The notes: generated by a model from the sequence alone, not told the origin. Counted from the stretch's first letter, positions 1 to 13,521 are shown. The stretch is DNA of 64,000 nucleotides from Paraphysomonas bandaiensis (GCA_965644295.1 CBFFRP010000360.1:62001-126000), one strand, 5' to 3'. Made by a program: numbers and translations.

Positions 1-55
1 TCAACAGGAGAGTTCATGTATAGTTAAAGATGTCACTGTTGCGGATATGTCGCAG

Positions 56-737
56 GAGTTTGTGCTGGACCCACCGACTTATAGCTACAGCGAGCTGCTT
101 CAGAGAGCCGTAGATTTGTTGCATCAGCATAATCCAGAATACTCTGAGAAGAGAAGACACACAATGAAGCCTCCGCAGCTCATGAGAGGTTTTATCTTCA
201 TATTCTGTTATCCATGTCTGAGGCTTCTGTGCAGTGGGAACCAAGAAAACTTTATGGGTTAACTTTCAGGAGATATGCAAAATGATGAAAAGGAGTCCTG
301 ACCATGTCTTCCAGTTTATGATGGCAGAACTTGGCACCGAAGGATCTATAGATGGCAACGAACGCTTAGTCATTCGTGGAAAGTTCGTGCCGAAAGTGAG
401 ACCATATTGCTGTACAGTTTAAGCCCTTAATAGATTGCGTAGTATATCGAGAGCCTTTTGAGGAAATACATTATAGAGTATGTTACATGCCAAATGTGCC
501 GCAGCTTCAACACTTCGCTCACTCGTGATAGCGTCTCGCGGCTGTTCTTTGTTCACTGTCAGGTATATTGTTTGTTAGTATGTTATCGTGCTATATTACT
601 ACAAGTACCTATCATTTACGCACTAACCTATACATTTGCTCTGTATATAGGAATGTGGATCTTCCCGCTCGGTGGCTCCTATTCGTGCTGGGTATCATGC
701 CCAGACACGTGCCGATCGCCGAGCTCTTCGTAAATAG
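56..737 (+). CDS. EIF2S2: Translation initiation factor eIF2 beta, 3' part (5' end upstream of window). Exons about 56-188, 235-395, 443-562, 651-737
   Basis: Spliced translation [82 protein letters not shown] is the eIF2B/eIF5 domain with C4 zinc finger; GT-AG introns of 46, 47 and 88 nt. Confidence 0.95.
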
Positions 738-1192
738 TTTTTAAATATCGATGCCTTGTGCTAGCGCGATATCTTATTGTAGCATTTGTCTTCCCTTTCT
801 ATATTGGGATTGACATGCCATCATGGTTGTAGTAGTAGTCAAGAACCAAATTCTGGAAGCTGTTGGTTATTTATAAGCATGAATTTTTCTGAGCGGGAAG
901 TTGTATATTGTCATGTCATTGCCGTGCTGGCCTGCCGTAAATTTTGTGTTAATGTATTGTTTGTTAACGTACTACTCATGATTAGCTTCCTTCTATATAT
1001 TATAGGCTTTTATATTAGTGATACAAGACATAATAAAACTGGAGAATATTATTATGACATGATTCATTAGAACGTTTCTCCCTTCTACATGATCACAGGC
1101 AATACGATGCCCGATATATCGATCATAAATACGCACCCAAGCAATTATCGACATTAACATTAAAACTGAATTCAAATACAGCACGTCGCGCA

Positions 1193-2876
1193 TTACGCAT
1201 ACTTTCTAGGAGTTGCACTGAATTTAGGAACAGGGAACGGAGTTGTGAACAAAAACTCTTTCTGAGAGTACGGGGGTGAATCTTCTGCAATAGTAAATTC
1301 ATAGTCTTGTACAAGGCGGCATATCAGCGAGAACATCTCCACTTCAGCTAACCGGCCGCCTAAACACATTCTAGGGCCAAAAGAAAATGGAGTAGCGAGT
1401 AGACGATGATCGAGAACCTCAGCCGGAGTACCTTTTCGACCGGAAACAGCATCTGGTAGCCACCTTTCAGGCATATATTTGTCCGCATTGTCGACAACAC
1501 GGGGATCAGCCTGAATGGTTTTGGTATTGAAGTTGATACGCATTCCAGCGGGAATTGTATATCCACGCAGGGAAATATCAGTGTCCAGGACACGAAATCC
1601 GATTGTGGTATTCGCAGGAGTAAACCGCTGGGTCTCACGGTAACATGCCTGCATATATGGCAGAGGCACGTCTTTGTGATAATCTGCACCATTTAGTTTT
1701 TCCTTCAGTTCGTTCGCGAGGATAGCTTGTTTATCAGGATTAGCAGCGAGATTGACTAAGTTCCACATCAGCACCGCAGATGTAGTGTCAACAGCAGCAA
1801 AAAGCAACCCGCCTAGCTCAGAACCCGCTTGTTCAGGAGACAGAGCGCCACGCTTGAGCAAGCGTTTTAAGTAGCACTCTGTTTCATGCACCGGTTTCTG
1901 TCCAACTCCATCCCAAACCTTCTCCACATCTTCTTCCATCTCGGACATTGTAGCGGAAGCATCATAGTTTATTTTCTCCCCAATATCCCCAACAGCCTCC
2001 TCAGCAAGCTCTCCAGATCGCTTGAACGCATCATGCATGTGCTGGCTAAACTTAGTCCACAAAGCGGTTGAAATATTGTTCTTCGACATAAAGTTTTCAT
2101 AAGGACTGTAAGCTAATACTCCTGCTAACCGGAATGCTTCGGTGGCATCATTGAGAAACGTCATGTCCCTGGGATCTGCCAATTCTGGTTGTAGGAGATT
2201 TCGACTCTTACCAATAACAGCGGCCGTAAACATATCAAATACCGCACGTCGGCAAAATTGATCCATATCATGAGATAAAGACGGAAATGCTTTCGACGCT
2301 TGCTGAACAACGGGATAGAGGGAGGGGAGATAAGATGCCGCAGCCTGAGGGGACAGGATATCCGCTTGCATCTTCATACGACCGGTTTTCCACTCCTCAC
2401 CCATCTTTTGTGAAAAAAATTGCATATTATTCCGGGTGCAATATCTAGTGAACGGCCAAAAATCAGAAGATGCTCCGCGAGGATACTTTCCCTCCGCACG
2501 AAACACTGCAATAAATTCATATCATCAAAGTATGATTACGTCTAAATCAATTACCTTTTAAGATATCATTAGGATCATAAAGAACAACTTCTTCATCAAC
2601 AAGTTTGTGTTTGATGATAGGTCCATGTTCATTATAGTAATCTCCCATTAGATTACCCAGACTCTTCTTTCGAATGATAGCATCACCCAATGATCCAATA
2701 AGAGGCAGTATAGGAGGCCCAGGGATCTCAGAGACATGCTTCTGAGGCACTGGAGATGTGTTGTTTTCCCTAGAGGATGACTTGGATCCGGTTATCGGGC
2801 ACGCAGCTCCACATAATCCACGTGACTGATATATACGTATATATCCACGCCTTACATGAGATATGTATATATTCAT
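1193..2876 (-). CDS. Cytochrome P450, 2 exons (intron 2506-2554)
   Basis: IPGP..LP..G hinge, I-helix AAVDTT, ExxR (ETQR), PERW, heme motif FSFGPRMCLG; Arg-rich, non-hydrophobic N-terminus. Confidence 0.95.
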
Positions 2877-3345
2877 ACTGATAGCGGGCACAGAGGGGCA
2901 GAGGTGATGATGGTATATGTGTCAATGTATCCACAGGCTACTACTGTGAGTACGAGTGTTATTATGGTAGCACGAGTGAGTTGATGTCAGTGTGTTTGGT
3001 TTATATATATGTGTGTGTGTATATATGGATCTATGATCTCTTACGATCAGATACAAGTGCGTCCATAACAACTGAACGGACCGTATACGGATATCTGTAA
3101 ATTCAATCTATATAGCCGTCCCACAGAGATGACACGGACGTGAACTACCCGTTCATTCACAGTGGTGTCGTGTGTTGTCCCGTTTGTCTAATTATTATAC
3201 CTATACAAGCAAGATGTACTATGCTGGTGTGTCCATACATGCATACATACACATGCAGCAGTGTGTATCGCCATATATATACATAGTCTCGAGGAGGTGA
3301 ACCCCACCCATAATCTATACACACTCTTCCTTATAAAGATCTGTG

Positions 3346-5625
3346 ATGTCTTCAGTGTATATGGATGACCCTGTGAGTACCTGTGAGCGTCTCATGGGTG
3401 TGGATATATCGAGTAGCAGATACAAAGAGGACATCGCTCATCATCTCCTTCCCTCCCACTCTAATCAACTCATACTAACATTCTCTCCTATAGATGAGAC
3501 AGAGATCATCACACAACAAACTCTTATGTTGAATTATATCACTGAAACAATAAAAAATAACGATGAGATGTGGCTGAATCTGAGCCTCCTGCTAACCTCC
3601 ACACTCACATCATCTCAAGTAACACATACATATGCTCTTCTTTCCTTCCATTATAACAACTTTGAATAGGATTATCAAAGTATGAAACAGAAAATTGATA
3701 ACTTGAAAACTATGGCGAAACAATGTGTGGGTATGTGTTATTGACTGCGTACTTTGCGAAAAATAAAGCATGAACTGCAGCTTCGCATGGCGTATTCAGC
3801 AGACCACACTGCGAGTACATAGTTAAAACTTCACTTGACAAAGATGTATGTATGTGTCGTTGACAAGTTTAGTACTCTAACTAGTAAAATTGTTTTCTAC
3901 TTCATCTAGTTCGCTGACTCCTGTGTGTTGTTACGGCGTGTTATGCGTGAGATTGCGGAGCATGTACTACGCCAAGTATCTGTGACTTCAAGCAGTGCTT
4001 CTGGTCAAGACCAAGATATTATTCAAGGTGACTGTTTGAACTCTGAGCCACTTAAGCTTTGCTGCTCACTTTGTGAATTGCAGACAGTAGACCAGTGGTT
4101 CCACTGGATTTCCTACAGCTATGGTCTGGACTGTGCGACTTGTGCAGGGGAGCTACTCCTAGGTAGGCCATATAATCCTTGTAGAGACCGACCAGTACTT
4201 ATACTTCTATTTTTGCTGATGTTGGATTCATTTAGTGAGATATCGGCTTTTCTATTTCTATCGGACATCATGGTCGTGAATGTTGAGAAACTCAAACCCT
4301 CGCCAGGTGAAAACCTTTCTACTCTGCCCATATATCTTATCCTTAAATTGATTATGATGGATATCAGACGCCCAGAAAGGCACAAATGACCAGACGGAAT
4401 TAGGTCTGCGCCTGACAACAGAAGAGCTTCGCATGATTCAGGTCAGTTAGGCTGCGCCATGCAACTGCGGGCTCAACTTTCATTTAGGGGTACTTGACGT
4501 TTATAACTTTTTCCTCTGAAAAATTAAAAGCTGGCGATAAAGAAATGGCTAGAGTTGTTCCTGACTTTATCGCTGGATACCGCACTCAATATCGGTGTGT
4601 GTCTTGCAGTCATCTGATTATATATAGACGGTAGTTTTTTATTCGTCTTACCTTGAATTATCAGGCAAAGTGAAGATAATTACCACCAAGTGTATATTGG
4701 TGAACGACACCTGTATCTATCCACTGACTTTGAACAGTATTTAAGAACTGTCCGTGCTGTGGAGAGTTACGTCGCGGCCCACAGAGAGCTTATTGAAGTA
4801 TCTGAAATGTACAATAAATTTAGGTCAGATGCTGCGAAGAAGTCTGCTGACCCTACGAATGAAGTGGTAAACATTACCCACTCCGGAAAGAGTGTAGAGG
4901 TCACCTCTCACCCGGGTGAAGGGTTCTGTGAGAGCAAAGATCGTGAGGATGAGAAGCGTATTGACGATTATAATGATCTACCACCGACAACGGCTGATGA
5001 CATTGTTGAAGCAAATGGGGATGTACTGCGGGTAGGCAGTAAGAGAAGGAGGATCGCATCACCTTTACAGGACGTCGAAAGTGAAGCTTCTCCGTATTGT
5101 TCGTCGAGTATCACAGATTGTGACTTCAGTGAAGAAGAGAAGGTACTTAGAAGGTGAGGCCTGTAGTCAATTATACCTATTGGTTGAGTACTGAAGTCAC
5201 CTCTGTAGGGCTTGTGGGGAGAGGCGTCTGGACATTAGACAAAATGACGAGGTGGTATTGATATTGTACCTTTCATCTCTTGAAATAACAGAGCTGTGCT
5301 ATGAAGGTGGCAGATGTGCTGGTTAAAGAGTGTGGATGGGTTGCCAAACAATCATCTAACGAGGTACGTGGACATAAAACACCAACAGTGTGAGTACGAT
5401 TGTTCATACCCAATAACTTATTTTCTAGGTCACTAGATACTACCGGAAGGGTGTTTCACCTAAACAACTTCATATAAACAACATCGACACAGACTTCTTT
5501 TTAGGTAAAATGCTACTTTATGGTAGTGATTCCCGTATTTACTATGAATACCAGATTCACAAGATCTTGGAGATTTCGTGCGTCGAATATTGCAAGTCAA
5601 ATATCAATGGAAATGTCGTGTATAA
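3346..5625 (+). CDS. Hypothetical multi-exon protein
   Basis: Chain of + strand ORFs (3343-3669, 3925-, 4690-5157) and short terminal exons with GT-AG boundaries ending ..DFVRRILQVKYQWKCRV*; internal exon structure only partly resolved. Confidence 0.55.
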
Positions 5626-6156
5626 TATTTTGTGGTGCAGTTCCCATTAACTAGTTCTATAATGTTATTTAAAAAATTGTTTACTATATTACATATCAAT
5701 GTTTCAGTTGTATAGCTCTTTTACACAACATATATTTTACTATCAGACACAGTCTTTGCCTTTCCCAGTCATCTTTTAGGCTTCTATAGGACAGTTTCTA
5801 CATTTTTGTATATTATGAGTACTGACGAAAAGATTAATTATTCTACTTGCTTCTAACTAACTTTTAGTGCTAGTACCTATATATAAGAACAGAATATGCA
5901 GTAGTTTATTAAGATTCACGTGTATCTCTTGACGCGTGAATAGTACAACACATGTATACAATGAAATATCAAATTGGCTGAATAAATACCAACTATAAGC
6001 GACTGTACAAGATTAGCAAATGTGTGTGATGCTAACACCTCTTGCTATCATACTATTAGGCCTTATCCTTTATGTGAAGTTTATATATTACCAATCTTTA
6101 TATTCTAAAGAAGCGTATTTTTAATTAAATACTTAGCCTAGCTCTAAATCCTATAT

Positions 6157-7822
6157 GTAGTGAATGTCTGATTATTAGCAATACGCGTAAAAGAATCAGA
6201 ACTAATGTAGCAAAACAATTTAATTAACTAGTGCTCAACTTTGATATCCTTCAATTTTACGCAACGATATCTGCTTCTGCATCACTGCAAGCACCAAGGA
6301 CCAAGGTGCAACCACTTTCGTTCTCTGTCCTTATAAGGTGAACAGCCCGGATGCTTGACTTCAATAGGCTACCTGTTTATTTGTCAAGGCTCAAAGATGT
6401 CAACACAAGTGACACTTATATTAGTATATAAGCTTTAGGCTATAACGAGTATAACCTATAAACTACTAGATCTTTATCAAATAAACTATAATATCTATGC
6501 CAATCGATTAACTTATATTAGTCAAACCCTCAACAAAGTCGGACTCGCACCTTTTCGTGGTGTTCTGGGGGATAAGTACCGGAGATATTTCTCCGGGAAA
6601 CTAACGTGAGCCGCAAACATAGTCAGCAGATATATGTTCTGCCCACTCATAGCCAAATGCTTGTGTGGTACAAGGGACACTAATAAGTGTCACTTGTGTA
6701 GACGTCTTTGGGCCCTGACGAATAAACAGGCATCCGGAAATGGGCCCACCTCAAGGGCATCCGGGACAGGGCCCACCAGAAGGGTAACCGGGGTATTGGG
6801 CTGCCTGCTGAAGTTAAGCATCCGGGATGTTCACCTTAAGAACTCAAAAAACCTGAAGTCAGCAGATGTCAGGTATATCAACATTCTGCTTGCTCACTGC
6901 GTTTGCTTTGAGTGATTGATGCTGAGTATGAGTTCACATTATTCGGTATCTGTGTGGCCAATGACCGAGGTAATGCGTCAAACTTTCCTCATGGATGCAT
7001 GGCAATGGCAATGATGTGATTGGACCTGTCATGTCTTCTCACACGTCTACTGCCTAGTCTTGGTTTCTCCTGACCCAGGTCATTGAGATTATATCAAGGC
7101 TCTGGCACTGTTCTCCAAGCAGTGTCAGGTACATTTGTGGTGCTTTTATGTTATTCTTGCTATTAGTAGGTTTTCATCCGAGCGGGGAAGGTGCACGGTT
7201 TCCTACTAGTGTAAGTCACTCGGGAGAAGAGTGCAAGGTGGATGCATGTGCTGGACGAGTGCACACAATGGAGGGAAGACATCGGAGTCAGCTTGAATTT
7301 GTAACAGATTTTGGTAGATGTCTGTTTCATGCGTCAGTGTGCAAAATTGCACCAGTGAGACCGCTTCGTGACCGTGGGAGGACCCGGCGCTAGAGCTACT
7401 TTATTCTCCCTTCCAGACTACCTGCTGCTGTGAACACCACCTTGAAAAGGGCCCTAAAGATCTGCCGCATATACAGGAGACATATGCCGAAGACACCGAC
7501 CGCAAGTTGTTTGTGTTAGGACAAGTAGATTGGGCAGGAGCGTATGATCCGGCTTAAACACGCAACTCGTCGTATGCCCATGTAGCTAACTAAATCGTGT
7601 TGTATAGTTGAGCACTTGTCGGTGCATGCAATAGTAACTAGATGAGAGTCATGTTATGCATAGTGTCGCGCGAGTTGTTAGGTTGGTCGCGGCAACGCAC
7701 AAGCTTGCGCTTCTTAATAATCAGACATTCAATATATTAGTCAAACAATATGTATGTGACACTTTATTAGTTTCCCTTGTACCACACAAGCATTCGGCTA
7801 TGGTACTTATATAGACATTCAC
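6157..7822. mobile_element. Composite locus of repeat family A: inverted partial copy (about 6157-6425), forward copy with cargo (about 6515-7735), further fragments
   Basis: 6527-6840 aligns by eye with 40004-40262; 6161-6410 is the reverse complement of about 40130-40410; terminus TAATAATCAGACATTCAATA at about 7715-7734; 7757-7802 is the reverse complement of 6648-6693. Confidence 0.8.
6915..7640 (+). pseudogene. Decayed intron-containing gene resembling the 5hmU DNA kinase helical / aGPT-PPlase1 domain
   Basis: Fragments YEFT..ANDRG, Q|VFIRAG (GT-AG intron about 7129-7169), IGVSLNL*QILVDVCF, DRFVTVGGPGAR, IVEHL follow the motif order recalled for that family; several stops and frameshifts. 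Confidence 0.4.
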
Positions 7823-8308
7823 AACGCCAGATAGCATAATCTTAACTATATGACAATACCACTAATTATATTATCTTCGTAATGCTCTCCTTTTTACAAT
7901 AATGGCCCTACAATAGTTGTTTAGTGATGTAGAATGTAGATACCTACATTATAATCAATGGGATAGAGCTCGCATTTTTTGAAGATACATATTTAACTCT
8001 CTGTTGGACAATGACAGTGACTACGTCGTAGTGTTGATTGTGTTTGTAGCTTTTTGTGTGACATAAACCCTGTGTACCTGTTTGTATCTCTGTGTATAAG
8101 TAGACTACTCGTCGTAGTAGTCAAAAGAAAGATTACTACAGCTAAACTGTAATCGACAATAGCACGAGCTTTCAGAAAGCAGACTTATATAGAATTCAAA
8201 TGAAAAAGAGGTACCCAAACCAACACAATAGTATATACCAAGTCCAAGTCAAAAAATATTATTTAGCAGAAGGTAGTAGATTCCAAGAAAGACAGTCACA
8301 CTGGCTCA

Positions 8309-9067
8309 TCACACCCCTAAAAGAGATTTAAATATTTGAAGTGTACGAATATGGAATGGTTTGTGCGCTGATGAAAGCAGCTTCTTGTTGAGTTCTTCCA
8401 TCGATTCAGGTGAAACGAGATGCACGGCGAGTTGAGCTGTAGATTTTATACCTATACTGTCAAATTTCTTCACAATCTCTCCAATCGTTCTGGGCATGAC
8501 CCAATGTGAGTCTAGATGCGCATTAACTTCTACACAGAGAGCAGGAAGAGATAGACAATGAGAACCAGGATAAACCCACTCGTATAGGTACGACACATTA
8601 AGACCTTCGTCGCTGATTATACCTTTGACTGGAATGGATCGCGAAATATCGACTCCCCACTGCTCTTGCAACATTAAATGAATAGCTGTAAGGTATTGTT
8701 CTGTAGGAGGGTGAACCCAACGAGGAGATCGAGATATATAAGCATATCCAGACTCTTCGATCTCTTGGTTGTCACGTATAACTGTCACTGGCATCGGCTT
8801 GAGGTCATATGCGCCCTCAAAACGATCCAATAAAGCGACTTCTGCATCCGTAAGATACACTGCTGCTCCATATGTTGTCGAGGAATCAGATGGAGCTAAA
8901 CTTCCAACACCTGAATCACCCCATGTAGCAGATGATCCACAGAATATGCGGTCCCAGCCATACACACGAGCAGGATACGCCTGCAGGTCACTGTTCTCTA
9001 CTCGAGCCCTCAATTGCACACTAGAATTTGATCCATATGAAAAAATGCATTTACGTGAAGGTTCCAT
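8309..9067 (-). CDS. Gamma-glutamylcyclotransferase (GGCT/AIG2-like) domain protein, intronless
   Basis: IFSYGSN, YGAAVYL..LLDRFEG.Y and PPTEQYL motifs. Confidence 0.8.
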   Translation of the reverse strand: MEPSRKCIFSYGSNSSVQLRARVENSDLQAYPARVYGWDRIFCGSSATWGDSGVGSLAPSDSSTTYGAAVYLTDAEVALLDRFEGAYDLKPMPVTVIRDNQEIEESGYAYISRSPRWVHPPTEQYLTAIHLMLQEQWGVDISRSIPVKGIISDEGLNVSYLYEWVYPGSHCLSLPALCVEVNAHLDSHWVMPRTIGEIVKKFDSIGIKSTAQLAVHLVSPESMEELNKKLLSSAHKPFHIRTLQIFKSLLGV

Positions 9068-9621
9068 TGTAGCACTGATGATTACAGATACACAAGCAGA
9101 GATACAGTGCAGGTTATGAGGATACATACATACATGTATATATATACCTGCTGGATGTGTATGTGTATAGAATATAGCAGAATATCAACACGTATAAAAA
9201 CACCCAATATTTATATACTGAAAAATATATAACTAAGGATTTTTTCTGAATACCTTAGATATTGCTTAAATACTGCGATATTGATGTCGACATACAGCAG
9301 AATGCATACGTATTCTAGTATACTCGATATACAGTATATACATATGTATGTATACGTACAGTTCCTAACTGGAATTCCAGCAGTATAAACTCTTAAAAAA
9401 TCCATATTTTTGTACACACATACGAACACTATACTGCTGTACTCTGCTCTAGATGATGACAGTGGAGTATGTACTGCTGTACATGTATGTGTGTATCTAT
9501 ATACTGTACGCATATGAGTGTATGGAGTACTAAGCTAACATCTGCCTCTATTCTCTTAACCCACAGCCTCTTGACTCTGTATCATATATATCAATACACA
9601 ACCTGCATTGTAATCACATCC

Positions 9622-12600
9622 ATGTCAGGTGATCCAAAGTCTCAGCTTCCATGGGGCATACAGGAGATAAAGCCCGGGTCAATGAAGACTATAAGTGCCA
9701 CTAAACTCGCCACGTTTGCAGTGGGACAACAAAAGAAAAGCCGCTTTCAAAAAGCACGTGAAGAAAGAGAAGAAAAGAAACGACAAGAGGAAGCAGAGGC
9801 TGCGAAGATATATGATGAGTTTGTCGCATCGTTTGCTGGTGATGATGGGGGGAAAACGTTTGTCCGGTATGTATATATATGTATGTGTATGCATGTATAT
9901 GGGACCTATAGACCCTTCAGATAGATTTACTGATATGTTTATTGCCAGGGGGGGTCGGATGAATGATAGTGGTGATGTATATGGCGGTAAAACTGGTGAT
10001 TTGTATAAGCTATCTAGTACGAATTCGTCATATGCTCCAGAGAGACCAGCTGGTAGCCGAAGAGGAGGGAAGGAGATGGCCAAGCTCTTGGAAGAAATGA
10101 AGGTACTATTGTAGTTGTAGTTGTTTATTTATATTTACATTTTTAATGAAAATTTTTTGTAGGAACGAGACCTTGAGAGATCACAGCGAGGTGGTGGCTC
10201 GACTCTCACGCCCAATCCTTCAGGGGGACGCATGAGGTCGAGTAGTCGAGACTTCGATTCAAAAAAGTCCATGAGTAATTTTTTTGATGATATGAAATCT
10301 ACAAGTAATCCTGATGACGGTTCATTTGACACTGGTGATCCCACGACCACGAACCTGTATGTGGGAAGCCTCGCACCGTCGGTCACAGAGGAAAGGCTAC
10401 ATGATATATTCAGTAAGTTCGGGCCAGTTAATAGCATCAAGATTATGTGGCCACGCTCTGAGGAGGAAAGGATGCGCAAGAAGAACTGTGGGTTTGTTAG
10501 CTTTAAGTGCCGCCAAGATGCGGAGGATGCTATGGTTAGTGCTCGGTATACTTTGCTGCTCGTTGCGCGCAAAAGATTGTTCGCCTTATTAGTATTTGCT
10601 GTGCTAATACTTTCAAATTTCTCTAATTTGCAATCTGGTTTATTAATATTTAGAATGAGCTGAACGAGTCAATGTTGGATGGGTACAAAATGACGATAGG
10701 ATGGGGAAAACCTGTCATGATAACCTCTACACCTTACGTGCTACCGTCCGCCGTGAACGCGGCTAAAACACCTGCTGCTGTTCCCGATACAACGCCCCCC
10801 CCCGGAATGTTTTTTTCTCCACCTGCTCCAATGGGCCGATTTCCAGGGCCTGTAGGTGCCCCCCCTGGTATTCCACCAGGTGCTCCACCTGGTATCCCTC
10901 CTGGAGCTCCGCTTGGCATTCCACCAGGAATGCCTCCTGGTGTGCCTCTCTCTGCCTCACAACCACCCCCTCCACCCGGGCCATGTCCTCCGGGAAGGTG
11001 GGATACACGAATGGCACCAGCACCCCCGCCATTTGCGTCGCCTATTCCCGTGGTAGGAAGAGAGATGGGTGAGCGTGATGAGAAGGTGGTAGTAAAAATT
11101 CCAGAGGATCCGCGAGAAAGACAGCTTATCGACATTACTGCGAAATTTGTAGCAGTCGATGGGGAGGCTTTTGAACAGGTATGAGTCGTCTCATTTTTCA
11201 TTCAAGTTTAATTCCCTGTAGTCTATATGCTATCGTGAGGAGTCGTCGAACACTTCGGAATACTCGTTCCTTTTTGATCCACAGACACCAAAACAAGCGG
11301 AACTTCGGGATTATTATCGGTGGAGAACTTATGGTACGGGAGAGTTTCAGTGTTCTTAGAGTTCGTACAGTGCATATGTGTTAATCGTATTACGTTACTT
11401 TGTTACCATGGCACTTGCTGATGTTATGATTGCAGCTTTTATGATGGGTGACGACGAGGAGAGTTGGTCCACTCAACCGTTCCGAATGGTAGCAGATGGT
11501 ATCTTCTGGGTACCTCCTCCTGTTGATGGAAATAGTGTACGGGGTGGGTCGTCATCTGGAGCGCAGGGATTATATAGGAGATCTAGTAGAAGCAACAGCT
11601 GCTCTGATGATGAGGCGGGCTGGAGGAGTAGGAAGCGCTCCCGATCCAGGTCGCCGTCAAGAAGAGGTGGGGTGAACTGTGAAATGCTCTGAATGTCAGA
11701 ATATTCTGTGACAGTATCTGTGTTCGTATTGATAAATATTATTTCTCTGTACACATCACTGATATCATGCATAGGTCGTAGCAGAAGTCGTAGTAGAGAA
11801 CGGCGTAGGGACAGACCTAGAGATGCTAATGAGGTGTCAGAGAGGTGGGACAGAGACGGAGGCAGCAGGAGTACAAGAAACAAGGATGAGTATGCAGGTA
11901 TGTACACTGTGAGCATGTATCGTATTAGTTCGGAAGTATCGTGCACTGCTGACAGTTTGGACAGGCATGACTGGTGCTCAAATTGAGCGCGCGAAGGCTA
12001 AACAGCGGGGTCGTAGCACTCGAGCTACTTTGAGTAATGAAGATTACGATATTTTTAAAGACATGTTGTACCACCTGACTACCGATCGATCTAGTATTAA
12101 GCAAGCAATGGGTTTTGCACTGGACAATACAGAAGCCTATGAGGAAGTAGTGAACATACTGAAAGAGTCACTGATGGTCCCATCTACACCCCCGCCAGCC
12201 AAAGTTGCCCGATTATATTTAGTCTCTGACATATTGCACAATTCCGGTGCAGCAGTAAAGAACGCGTCGTTGTACAGGTAGAGTTTACCGTATATGCCTT
12301 CTTTTGCAATCTGTCGACATGGATACGATTTTGTGGGTTACCAGTGTATATTTTAGGACGGCATTGCAGTCTTGCCTGCCAGAGGTATTTGAGCGACTTA
12401 ACGAATGGTTACGAGGAATCTCCGGTCGGATGACAGCCGGCCAAGTTGAGGAAAGAGTATCGAAGCTCATTGCTCTGTGGTATGACTGGGCCATATTTCC
12501 TACTATGTTTATCAACGGTTTGGAAGCGATATTCAACCAAACTGAGGGCGATGTCGCGCGGTACTCAGAATTATCTCCATCGGATCCCTCTGTTTTGGAG

Positions 12601-13332
12601 GACAAGGAAGGGCTCCGTCGCAAGGCCAAGTTCTCTGGTTTAAATATCACACTACCTCAGAGTGGACGTGGAAAGATGGAAGAAAGTGATTTTGTGGATA
12701 GTTTGACACTATATCGTAAGCTTACTTATGTAACCGACTTTGTTGCGCGCAAAGAAGCCCAGACACTCGAGGGCGATGATGAGGGCATGAATTCGATATT
12801 CAAGGCCATGGAGGATGCCGCGACGGGGGGAACTGGTAGTGTTGGTAGAAGTGTAGTCGTAGATTGCGATGACGATGATGTTGATGGCGTACCTATTGAT
12901 GATGATATCGATGGACAGCCAATTCCAGAATATGATGATGACATTGACGGTGTTCCTCTTGACGATGATATAGATGGCGTACCTATCGATGACGATATTG
13001 ATGGGGCACCGATGGACGATTGCTCCTCTAATGAGCCATCAGATGACGAAAGCCCTCGTGTCATATCAATTGACGAGCCTGCTTTTATTCCCTCCTCACG
13101 CGATGAAGCTGACCGAGTACGTATGAGGGAGGTAGAAGTTGCCGTAGAGAAGCTGAGAGATGAACTTGAGGGGGAGATAGAGGAAGGTAGAAAGCGGTAC
13201 AGCGATAGTGAAGTTGAAGACTTGTTAAACCAAAAGAGGCAGGAACTCCTGAATGCTAGTATCAGAAACACTTCGAGTGGAGATACAGAGCAAGTGAGCA
13301 CACAAGATGACAGTAAGGGAGGACAGGGGTAG
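9622..13332 (+). CDS. U2SURP: U2 snRNP-associated SURP motif protein (RRM, SURP, CID, acidic/cwf21-like C-terminus), multi-exon
   Basis: GSFDTGDPTTTNLYVGSL..IKIMWPRSEEER..CGFVSF; SURP helix; CID LYLVSDILHNS; DDDIDGVP repeats; REVEV C-terminal motif. Confidence 0.93.
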
Positions 13333-13521
13333 ATAAATTATGAAGTAGCTAGATCATTGATATGTAAAAATTAAAAATATTCAGCCAATTGGTGCGTAGA
13401 AATCCATTGGGTCTTTTAAATTGAACTCTTCTCATTACACATGTCATTCTATGCTGTAGTTAATGACTTTGACTTATGAAGCTACTATTGCCTCCAATTT
13501 TGACTTTCACTGAGTAGTTAG

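Noticed and set aside
6709-6750. Hammerhead ribozyme core (CTGACGA...GAAA) in family A
   Set aside because: No stem II pairing, and the 40003 copy reads TTGACGA and lacks GAAA at that position
7185-7310. Possible Fanzor/TnpB RuvC-III remnant (KVHGFLL..WREDIGVSLNL) with family A end as omega-RNA
   Set aside because: No zinc-finger cysteine pairs or RuvC-I/II motifs seen; downstream QILVD..GPGA fits the 5hmU-kinase helical family better; variable-length TSDs argue for retroposition
12860-13020. Tandem DDDIDGxP repeats in U2SURP
   Set aside because: Known low-complexity feature of this protein family
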